Made by a program: the position numbers and the translations under genes. The notes below the pieces were generated by a model. It was not told the origin of the DNA, made no database searches, and was given only the letters and a program-made list of their open reading frames with translations. A stretch of 63,106 nucleotides of DNA, filler included, from Phoronis australis (Eukaryota > Animalia > Phoronida), in the NCBI GenBank assembly GCA_002633005.1. It is 5 parts of 5 records of this genome, joined end to end, with 100 filler letters (N's around TTAATTAATTAA, not from the genome) between each part and the next. Parts side by side here need not be neighbours in the genome. Positions count along the whole stretch, not along the records: positions 34,669 to 63,106 come from NMRA01000010.1; 4 more parts are not named here. One strand, given 5' to 3'. Positions 38,201 through 50,200 of this stretch are shown here, piece after piece. Numbering within the stretch: the stretch's first letter is position 1; the number at the start of each line of letters is the position of its first letter.

Positions 38201-41200
38201 TCTCGACCCTCACGAAAGGTATTTCCGTGATGAAGAGGGTCGCCCTCTAAAGGGAGCATGTTGGAATCTGTCTGACATTTGTGACGACCAGTCCGGTTTC
38301 TACAGTCCATTCACCGATTCTTTCTTATCGTCCATTTTTAATCAGACGCGGCTCGAAAACGATTACTACGACGGCACACTGTTCAGATTTCCTTTGAGAA
38401 AACCAGAAAACCAATCAAAGCTCGACACTGATGAATATTCACCGGGCAAACTAGAACTTTTGTTTGAGCAATTCGAGCAATACTCGTACATGTGTCTGTT
38501 GTTCCTCACCTCCCTCGAATCTATCGAACTGTATGTACGTCAGTCTCGAGATCACCAACCCGAGTTGTTTTTCAAAGTTGCTCTGTCTGAAAGCAGAAGA
38601 GCAGCAGTTGGACAGAACAGGCAGCGCTTCCGAGATAACATCGATACGGAAACTTGGATGGAGTCACCTGTGTGTGTAACGCAGGAAGTGCTCATTGACG
38701 CACAAAACGCCACTACTACATCCCACCATTGGTTGGTTACGAATTTCTTTGCTGGTGGTGACCAATTACCAACCTTGAAACAGATGTTTGCCGAGAAGAC
38801 TTTGTTCTACCCTCCATGGGTTGCTGTGGCTATGTCAATGGATGACGATTTCGAGCCTGGACAACCACGTGGTCATGTTTTTTGCTTCTTACCCCTTCCA
38901 ATTGAACGTAAAAGTCAGACAGGCCTTCCAGTCCACGTCAACGGCTTTTTTGCGATTGATCAGAACCGTCGCCACTTGAAATGGCCAAACGCTGAACAGT
39001 TAGGAGCTCAATTGCCCGACAAGGGTTTGCGGTGGAATCAAGCAATGTTGGCAGAAGCCGTACCCATGGCTTACAAAGAGCTTGTTATCAACGCAATCAA
39101 ACTGAAAGTTTCTCAAAATCTGATATACAAGGCAATTCCATTTCTCAAAGTTGTAGATGACAAATGGTTCGAGATGGTTGAAATTTTCTTGAAGCACATG
39201 TCACACATTCCATTCCTTTACACTGTTCAGGGGGGTGGGCGGCATGTGCAGATACATGAAGCATTGTTTAGCTTTTTGACAAACGAGCAGCATCCGGATG
39301 TGATTAATGACATACTGGTGAAAGCAGATAAACCCGTTGTTTGCATCCCTGAACACCTCAGATACACTCTTGAAACCATAAAGAACGCGACGTTGTCTGT
39401 TGTAACCCCGAGCGACTTACGTGAGTCGGTAAAAAAAATTCAAGACAAAACGAGCCCATTCCCAGAGACAAAAACCCACTGCATGCAGATCTTGGCTTAT
39501 GCGATGCATGACGAGCAATTTGGCGAACTTGTTGGCCTTAACTTAGTACCTCTGTTAAGCGGAACGTGTGTTGCATTTCAAGCTGGTAATGTGCAAGATA
39601 AAATCTTCTTGACGAACACTGATCATCCTGCAGAATTGTTTCCTGGCCTCGAGAGTCTTCTTGTCAGCAACGCCGTCACTGACAGCGAAAGGGAAGTTCT
39701 GGAAATGATAGCCATGTCAGGTAAGTGTTTTTATATGCGCTAACAGCTATCGGGAAATTTGACTCTAGAAATAATATTTGAAGACGACAGCTACTGGGAA
39801 ATTTTTGGTACAACCTTATTTGGGACATTGCCAGATATTCACTAACAAAACATGATTTCTGGTCCCATTGTTTTTGAAGCAGCAAAAGGTCATTGTTGGG
39901 GATTAGACTCTTTCATCTAGTTGTGTTCCATACCGATTGAATGAAGGGACTCTGGATCAGGTTGCACTTCTATTGAAAGGTCAGTTGTTTTTCCCACAGC
40001 ACAGATAGTTGATAAGAGTTTTTAAACTGATGAGGTTGTCTTCCAACAACGATAGAACTTCGATTAAAACAACTTGGTGGATGTCGAAGTTTACACCGCA
40101 CAAATTTTACCTCCTGAGGATAGAAATCAATCATCTAATCGGTTCAAACTGCGCACATTCTTGGTTCAAAAAGCTTCGGTTAGTAAAGTACTTTTAAAAC
40201 GGCTTAAAAGAATGGGAAAGAAGATAAAATCTTTATGGTTTTCATGTACACATTGAACTTGTTTATCAGAAGACAATCTTTGCATTTTTATAGGGATTTC
40301 CGTTAAACTTCATCGGAGTGCCTGCAATTGTGCATTTGTTTTTAGCCATTTGGGATGTACTCTGGCGAACAGTTTGCAGAGTGCTAGAGATTTCATATAA
40401 TATTTTTCATCACTTTGCTGTTGGACTAATAAAAAATATAAATTGAGCTTTCTGTTCGTTTCCAAGCAACTGCCGACAGAAATGACATACTATTGCGTAT
40501 TTTACAGTCCTTGACTACAGGCAGTATGCAGCTGTGTATTGTAAGCCTCATAAAGGGATTCATTTTTTTCAAATGCGTTTCTATGGTAATGAAATCGGCC
40601 GGTGTTAATTTGTAGATAATTTGGCTACTGCTGGCCCGCTGGTGGCAGTTTCTATAACTAAATCTTTTTGGCGAAATTTCTGGAAATTTGGCCAAAATGT
40701 TTCTTTCCAGGAACCGAAGGCAGGTGCATGTTTTCGAATTATTTGAAGCTGTGGTGCCCCACCAGTGACAGTTTTAGCAATTTGAAAACCGTTCATTTGT
40801 CTAAACTGTACCCCCTAGTTAGGTGCTAACGAATGTTGTGCCCTGGGACGGTATCTACAGGATGCTAACTGTTTAACTGATTCTACCCAAAACTGATTTT
40901 GTCTCATATGGATAAAACGCCATCCCTTAACTTCAAAATATTGGACGCACGTGCTTCAAACTTTCATGGTAGATAAATGTTACATTTTGCAAAGTAAATA
41001 TGAAGTCACCTCAGTACTACTGAATGTGTAAATTATCCTAACAACCTTTTGCCACAATAAGTAACTTAGAATGTGCTGATGAAATTTTCAACAGTACATG
41101 CAGAACCAAAATCACGTTGAGTATATAAAAATGGACATGCAAAATTGTTACTATGGCCATTGAACACCATGAGGAGTTCATGATAATAAAAATATAAAGC

Positions 41201-44200
41201 TGTGAGTCAGAAGGATTCGAATAAGCTTCACGCTTCATAATCCAAATATAACCTTTTTCTGTAAATGAGTTTTTCAAATTTTCTTACTTTGATATAAAAG
41301 ATGAAGTAGAAGGTAAACAGTTACAAAACACGATTTATGCATAAAATTTTGAATAAATATGCATCGTACCGTGGCACGTAATCATAACTTGAGGAAATGT
41401 TGGCTTTCAAGCACATATTAAACGATTTCAAAGCAACACTATTTTAGCATAGTGCAAGGTCAATCGATTGGGCACTTGACAATGAAATAAATATTAAATG
41501 ATTCTTTACAGCCATGGCACAAATAACGGAAAATTATACATAACTACCTTTCCTAGCAGCGTGTCTGCAAATGTTTCTTAGATATTAACCGATGGCAAAG
41601 AAGCGGGTTGAATATGCATTTCAGTTCAGCAAGTCCCCATGTTGTCGTCGACCGTTAATCTTGAGCACTTTAACCACTCAATAAGTTCCTTCTGTGTAAT
41701 TAGATTCGGGTTGAAACTCTTTGATTATACAGAATGGTAGGAAAAGCAGCAACCTACTGGATGGCACTGTTACATGCCTACAACATATAGTGCATGGCAA
41801 CAAATGGAAAAGTCTGTCCGTTTTCCTTAAGGAGACTGGCAGACTTGAAATCTTTCTCCACGAGGAGCCATAATTGGGGTCTCGTGCCTTTGCTCAGGTG
41901 TTTTGTGCAATGGGCCCAACCATGAGGCCTGCGCGCGTCTGATGCACCGCAAATGACATCAGACCACCTGCACTGTTTTTTTTAAAGGATTTGTGTCCCT
42001 GAACTTAACTATGAAAATATTTTTAAGCATATTCAAATTGGTAACCTATGCCACCGTCGTCCAAGATGGCCGATCCCATAAAAAGTCAGAAACTTTTGCG
42101 ATAAACATGGCGATATATGATGAACGCATTGTGCGATTTTGGTTATTTTTAACAATTTTGTATTTCAAATGTCGATAGGTTTCCTGTGCTGCAAGATTTT
42201 GGCTTTTTTCTACACAAATAAATGACAATACATTAAAATAAATATATTTAGCCAGAAACCGAACCATTGTATGGAGGCTTAGACTATAAAACAATGACTT
42301 ACTGAAGTGAAACATAGCTTTAAACAAAAACACTAAAAGTAAAGAAAACAAAAAAAAACAATAACAAAATCGTACGGCTGTAAAGGAGAACATAACAAGA
42401 GAATAATATATAAAAACAAAACAAAAAGCTCAGCGTAAATATTGATGTAGTTCCTTATTATGACATTCAAAAATAGATCTCTTTGTAATACAGTATTACA
42501 GTCGTGATTCAGTTATGACAACCATGTAACAAAATAATATTTTTTTCATGGGTATTACTAAGATTTTGAAAATGTAATCAGATGTTCACGGGGTGTGAGA
42601 GTAAGTAGTGAGCATTGCTATTAATTGCACCACATATTGATGGAGGAATTATTGTATTTAGTAGTACATGTAGCTTATACCGATTGAAAATAGCTAAACT
42701 TGATTTTTTATTAATTTCGTCTATGACTTTATGGATAGATTACCAAGTGCTGTTTCCGTAGAAGGGTGTTAGAAGTCCAGTAAGGAGAAACAAGGACTCA
42801 ATTAATTGTAGTAGAACCCTTGACTGCCCCTGCCATTAAAAGAACAACTTGGTACTGAAGTCTTTCAAACCTCCAAAATGTCAAATTAACGTTATTATAA
42901 AGCATAGCTGCATATTTAAAATGAAGGAGATTGAAAGAATTTTTGTCTTCAAATTGTCAAGTAACTTCTGACCCAAAGGCAGTTGTGAACGGTCACTGGG
43001 CAAAATGGTTTATGGATACGTCAGACAGCATTATGATCTCTAAAATGTTGATTCGCATCAAATATTTCTGCTTGAAACTATTTTAAATGTAATGAAGTTA
43101 CACAAATCATTGTTTTAAACAAAGTAGAATACGCAATATTGCGACATTTTTGCTACAAAAAATAAAAACCCGATTCGAGACATTTCATTTTTCATACATC
43201 CAAGATCTATCTCTGAACATATCTTTCAATATCCACAGCCCCACAAACTGGCTTGTAAAAGCACTTGAGTCATTCATGCTACTGATTTCAACAACAATTA
43301 TGTTAATTGATTGCCTTAGCCAGGGAGTTGTAACGGATACATTTTGCTTAATTTGCACCTGTTCTTAAAGTCTTCCCAATATACCAATTTGTTTTTAAAA
43401 TTAAGTGTTCGGTGCAGCAAAAATAGTCTGATATTGTAATAATTGTGAAATATAAGTTTTCCATCTATCAAAATATTTCTGGTATTCCATAGAACTTTAT
43501 TTTCGAAAACTAATATTCTTATGCAAATATTCTGATATTTCTTCCCAGATCCATATCATATTACAGTATAAGACACGGGAGTTTTTAATGTTAATATCTG
43601 ATGAGCATAATTGGATTGACATGTTTTAATATCCACAGTTAAATAATAGCAAGTGCATGTATGTCTTGTATGACAATAGCTTTGATCGTTACAGGAGAAA
43701 CAAATATGGCCTCGATGAAAAAAGAAGACGCTGTAAAGATGTTCCAACTGGTTTTCCCGCCTCATTGGGTTAAAGACCTCTTGTCATGGACTCGGGAGAA
43801 CCACGTTACACTTGCTTGGATAGAGTTGGTGTGGAACTATCTGGTAAAGATGTTCTTAGACGATCTTTCTCCAGTAGAACGTCTTCATCTTCTGCCACTG
43901 AAGTCATTTGAGGGGGCACTTTTTCTTAAAAGGCTAACTAGAAAGAGCGCCGTCATTTTTTATGACCAAAACTCTGAGGGTTTTCGTCATAATACGTCTA
44001 GTCTATTGAAGAAGTTGGGCGTTTTTGTTGCAGACGGTCTATTTCCGTTCATCCAGCGTCATCCGTGCATTTTTAACTACGTTAACGTACCTTCAGTTTC
44101 CGGTGTCTTACACGCACTGTCCGCTCTCGAGCTGTCTCTTTTGATCAAAAAAATGATCGAGCTTCCTAGCGAATTGGTCCACCAATTCCGTTTTGAAATA

Positions 44201-47200
44201 GCACAAGGTGACGTCCATGTTCTCCAGCAATTCCGCGGTATTTTACGGGCATTGCCAATGTTCAGAGTCACTGAGAACACTCTGAGTCGATCAGAAGACA
44301 GGCTATACGCACTTGAAGAAATTGGCTGTATAGCTCCAGGTGACGAATTTCCATTTAGACTACCAAAACCATTCATCCAGGTAGAGAACGAGTCTTCACG
44401 ACATTTGAGCCTCGTGCTTGGTGCAACAGAGCTTTCCTTGGCCGACTTGATAGTAAATCACATTTTCCCGTCCATATCGGCATACCCACCTCTTGAGGTT
44501 GACAAAATGCTGGAGTATCTAATTTATAACCATATGCAATTAGTTGATGGCAACCCTGAGCTCCGGAGTTTTGTTACACAGTTGAATATTTTCCAACGCT
44601 GTGATGGCGAACTTGTGAGCCTTACAAGTTTATTCGACCCTTCTGATGAAAAGTTAATGGAACTATTCTATGGTCAAGACGTTTTTCTTGCGGGCGCATG
44701 CTCCTCGAACAAGATTCTGCCCAACCTGCGCACTCTCGGGCTGAAAACTTACAAAGACGTTGAAGCACAAGAAATACTTCTGGCTGCGCGTCATGTTGGA
44801 AAATTAGCGCACAACCAGAACGTTGTACTGAAAGCACATGCAATTCAAACATTTCTTTCACAACGCAAAGCGTCTTACTTAGATAAAGAAATCAACGGAT
44901 GGTCGTTAAGAGAACACTTACAAGATACTGCTTGGGTTCCTGTTAAAACACGTCCCGATAATTACCCCTGTCAATTAACCTGGTTTGGTGGAGCAAACAA
45001 GTTTCAAAAGCCGTCCTGGCTACATGACGTAACTCATGGCAATTTGGTCGGCACGTTGAAGGAAGTTGCAGATCTCGGCATGGTTTCTGGATTACGTGTG
45101 TCTGAAACAACATTAAAAGATGTGACTGATAATTTGTTTAACATTGCAAGGGTAATCAATCCGTCGACTGACAATGTTCTGCAATTGCGCAGCCTCGTTT
45201 ATTGTGTGTATGATTACATGCAGAGACAAATTATTACGGACCCTCATCTAACAAGGATGATGGTAGACAATTTTAAAGGGAGGAAATGCATTTTGGTCGA
45301 GGACGACAGAGTTTTTGTTACACCTGAAGAAGTCTCATTTACAGAAGACTTGGCTCCATTTCGTCATAAGATACCGAATGAGATGAAACTACGATTTCAA
45401 GCATTACTAAAAAGCATGGGTGTGCAGCACAGGTTCAATGTTGAAGCTTATTGCACGATACTTTCAGAAATAGAGGCAGAGAGTCGTGGTTACCCTTTGA
45501 GTAAAGAAAGGCTTGATCTTGTGAGGCGTACTGCCGAACGCCTTGCAACCTCTTTAAACGCTGAGGGTCTACCTCAGGATGTCTATTTGCCAAATGACGC
45601 AAAGGAAGTGATGAAGTTATCATCAACACTCTGCTACAATGACTGTCCTTGGATACCTGACGCTGATATGTCTTTTGTACACAAAGGCATACCATTCCAT
45701 GTTGCTAAGGCATTAGGTGTGCAGACGAAGCGTACAAAAGCTTTAGAACGTTCCTCTTTTGGAATCCCGTTCGGTCAAAAGGAGAAACTCACGAACAGAA
45801 TTAAAAGAATCCTTGAAGGATATCCAAGTGATGTCGACATTTTGAAAGAGATGCTCCAGAACGCTGATGACGCCCAAGCTACCGAAATACACTTTTGTCT
45901 CGATACCCGTAGCCATTCAACGGACAGGGTATTTGAAGATTGCTGGAAACCATTGCAAGGACCGGCGCTTTGTGTGTACAATGATAAGCCTTTCACCGAG
46001 GATGATGTTTACGCCATTCAAAACCTTGGAGAGGGAAACAAAGGCGATGATCCTTTGAAGACAGGTCAATATGGGGTGGGGTTCAACGCAGTTTATCACG
46101 TTACTGACGTACCCTCCCTGCTCACTAACGTGGTTGGGAAGGGCGAAAGATTGTATGTGTTCGATCCACATTGTGCTTTTGTGCCTTCTGCAACTCCCTA
46201 TGAACCAGGAAGATGCTTTGCGGATTTGGATAATCTGAAGAACATGTTTCCTTCCGTTTTTGAGTGCTATAGTAGCGTTCTTGACACTTTTGTTGAATCT
46301 TTTGGAGGAACGCTTTTTAGATTCCCTCTGCGAGACGAGAAAATGGCAAAAAAGTCTCAAATAAAGGCTACACCTATCACCGTGAAAGATGTACGTGCGA
46401 TGTTGCAAACATTCAAAAATGAGGCCGGTAAGAGTCTGTTGTTTCTGAACAACGTACGCAAAATCACTGTTTGTGAAATAGGAGGCACTAGTGATGTTTT
46501 GGAATCGTTCACAGTTAGCGCTACTATAGGAGATGACTGCCAAAGAAACCTTAATGAATTCAAAGAATATGTCAAGGCAGTCTCAGCTATAGCAAAAATG
46601 ATCCCAGGAAATATCTGGTCCATCCAGTCAAAGGAGGTAGCGTATGAGATGACCGTGAGCAGTACAAATATGGCGAGGAACAAATGGTTGATTGCTCAAA
46701 AGTTTGGCTTTGAGACGAACGAAAAGATTCCTCAAATGCTTAGGGATGCGTTTTCAAGAAACGAAATTCAACTTCTTCCAAGAGGGGGAGTTGCGTGTGA
46801 GTTAACGTCGCCAAAGCAAGATGATGTGCACAATGTATTCTGTTTCCTTCCACTGCCTCAGACCACAAAATTGCCTGTCCATATCAATGGTCATTTTGCT
46901 CTTGACCATGAAGCAAGGCGGAGAATATGGACATCTACTGACAGCAAAAAGGACTTTAAGGCTTCATGGAACAGTCTACTCTTACGTTTTGTGATTGCAC
47001 ATGCGTACGTGCGCTTAGTTGATGAATTTAAACACCGTTTTATTGGCTGTAGCAGTGGCGACACAACAGTTTTGCCTAAGGTGACTACCCTTCTTAATCT
47101 TTTCCCTTTCTCGCACCAAGATTCTGATGAATTCAGTGATTTAGTGAGACGCTTTTATACAATTATGAACGAAAAGCAGGTTTCTGCACTTTGCATGATT

Positions 47201-50200
47201 CAAGGGCCTCTTGAAGAGAGCGCATTGTATACAACCGCATGGTTTCCACCTGGCGATAAAGGTCCTAACGGACCTCTTTTTGATACTTTGGGCACTGGAG
47301 GTACATTGCCTTTGACATTCAATGACAGAAAATCCTGCGATTGCTTGAAGGATTTGCTTCTGAAATGTGAAATGAAAGTCTTGTGGAGACCTGTCTCCAT
47401 TTTAATTGACGAATTCGAGAAAAGTGGTGTTGCGTGTCGGTCATTAACTTCAGAAACAGTACTTGAGTTTTTCAAAACGCCCGTTGCATGTAGCGCAATC
47501 CTTTCACATCCTACAGATGTGATTGACATATTAAAGTTCTGCAAAAGTGCTCAACACTTTCCAGATCTTTTAGAGGGTGTACATCTCCTTATGACAGAAT
47601 CACAGAAGATCGAAAAATTTACGTCAAAACGTCCCAGATATCTTACGACGCATGCTACACTAGTGAATCCAGAATATCACGACGAATTTGTTCATCACCG
47701 ACTTGTTCAATCAGTGTTCCACTCGAAGCGTTTTCTGGAAATTTCCTGCTTTAAAGAATTCACAGTTAAAAGCCTATCTACAAAGCTTCCTGGTAAACTG
47801 TTAGGTCAACACGAAGTGGTGTATGGGGAAGATGACAAGTTTGTTGAGTGGATTCAGGAGCTGTGGTGTTTTATCTGCAAAGCACAACGCATTGGGAAAT
47901 CTAATGAAAATGATTTGGCCAGATTTCTGGGACAATTTTGTCTGATACCTGCCTGTCGAGAAAAAGCCGACAGTCCTAGAGAGCACGTGCTCGTTCAGAT
48001 TAGACGATCCAAAAATGTCGTGGATCCAAAAGTGCTGCATGAGAAAAGAAACATTTTGAACAGTCTAAAACACTTAGGTGTGCCAATGTTGTCGGACATA
48101 GTTCCTTCAAACCCATTTCTGGTATCCGTTGTAAGCAGTGTAACGAAGCCTCTTGACATTTTAACTGCCATTGAGCTGGAAAGAGAAAATGGTGCAATAA
48201 ACGACATCTTAACCAAACAGCAGTGTCTTTACCTACTTAGGTACCTGTGTTCTGATTTAAAGCAAAGCCATGACAATTTACGCAGGATAAAACAATTGCC
48301 ATTCTTCTGTACAAGAAGTGGGTCATTTATCAGTATCAGCGGTAAGAGGGTATTTGTCCTCGGTACGAATTTGCGAACAAAAGACGCGCATTTGTGGGAA
48401 GACAACGAAACGGTTTTGTTCCTGGAAAGTGAATTTATTGGCGAGGACGTCAGGGAGTTTCTTGGAATTGAGAAAATAAAACGTGCCGATCTTTATAAAG
48501 ACTATGTTCTGCCACATTTGGCAAAAATGTCAGATGAAAGCAGAAGGGATCTTTTAGAGTACATAAGACACGTTGTTATTCGTCCGTTGTTCGGCAAGGA
48601 CAGGGAATCCTTCATATCTGTTATGAAGAAAACACCCTTCATCAAAAACGATCATGGAAGGCTGGTGAAAGCCAGTGTCTACTATGACTGGTACAATACG
48701 GTCTTTGCTGAAATGATGTCAGAAAAGCAATTTCCACCCGAGTACTTCAAAACACCGAAATGGCGGGCTTTCTTGTTAGAACTTGGGCTGCAGCATAGTG
48801 TATCAGGTGATCAGTTTGTGCAATTCGCAAAGGAGGTTGCGGGTTATGATACACACAGTCAATATGTAGACAAACAGCGCAAGTCTGAGGTGCTCATGGA
48901 TTATCTTTTGAGAAACCAAAACAGTCTTTCTCTTGAAGTCATCAAAGAAATAGCGTTTGTTCCACAGCAACAGTTGCCAGAAGAAATAATTCGTCTTCAT
49001 CCACGTTACAGTGATAAGAAATTTGTAAAGATGAGTGGCGCCGTTGTTAGTAATGCCATGAATGTCAATTTGGTGTGGAGTGCTGCAAATCTACTCTCGA
49101 GATCTTTTTCCTTCAGCAAAAGATTAGCCGATGCTCTTGAGATTCACGTCTTGCCGCCTGTGTCCCTTGTAATTAGACATTGCTCCAATGTGTGTACAAA
49201 CCTGTATCAACAGAAGCCATCGACTAAGAAGGAGACATGGGGTGGCAATTTCATGCTGCAAATTATGAAGAACATGTACGCGTTCTTGAGAACGAACACA
49301 ACAGAAATGAGCTTATTTGACAAGGACTTGTTGCGAAATACACCATTCGTGGTTGTCAATGAGTCAAATGCATTTGTCTATGCGAGACAAATAGTGGAAG
49401 ACATACGAAAAGAAGAACAAATAGAGCCGTATCTGTATAAGCTGCCCACGGAAATCGCAGAATTCAGACACTTATTCTTTTCTTTGGGAGCAAGCGAGCA
49501 TCTAAGTGTGTATCTACTTGGGAATGTCCTTTTTGAAATCGCTCACAGTGCCAGTGCAGAGGTTCTTCATATTGACGCAATGAAGAAAGCACGCCGAGCT
49601 TTCATTTTTCTGTTAGGATGTTCTGATGACGCAATCGCAAATGCGTCGTTCGAAAAGGGCCTGTTTGCGCCAACAAGAGACGGCGAGATGGTATTGGTTG
49701 GACAATGTGTTTTTGTTGACGATGAGCGACTGTACGAAGAAATCAAGAGTAACTTCAACTATCCAGTCCTGATAAAAACTTTGGCGGAAGTTTTTGATAG
49801 TAAGCAAAAGCTTTTGAAATTTGGGGAACAATATCGGCCGTTGATACTATCTGAAATTATTCATGAGCAAGTGGAAACTGCGGGAGAGATCCGTAGTCAT
49901 GAAGAATCAAACTACTCTATTACTAAGGAGGTGTTCCAGCGTCTCACATGTGACCTATTTCACCATGCTCTTGCTAGATTAATTTTCCACGTCAGCAGCC
50001 AGAGCAACCAACCCATGAAGGGCGTCTTAAAGGATGTTCAGGAGAAATTTAAAAAAGTCAAGGTCTTCGAAGCTGATGCCATCACGTCGTATTACGTGGA
50101 CGAATCTGGAAACAAGTTGTGTGAAAGCACAAGTAGTTCTAAAATGTCTGTAATTCGTGGTAAAGAATCCTTTCTAGAAGTTTATATCCATCCGACAGAA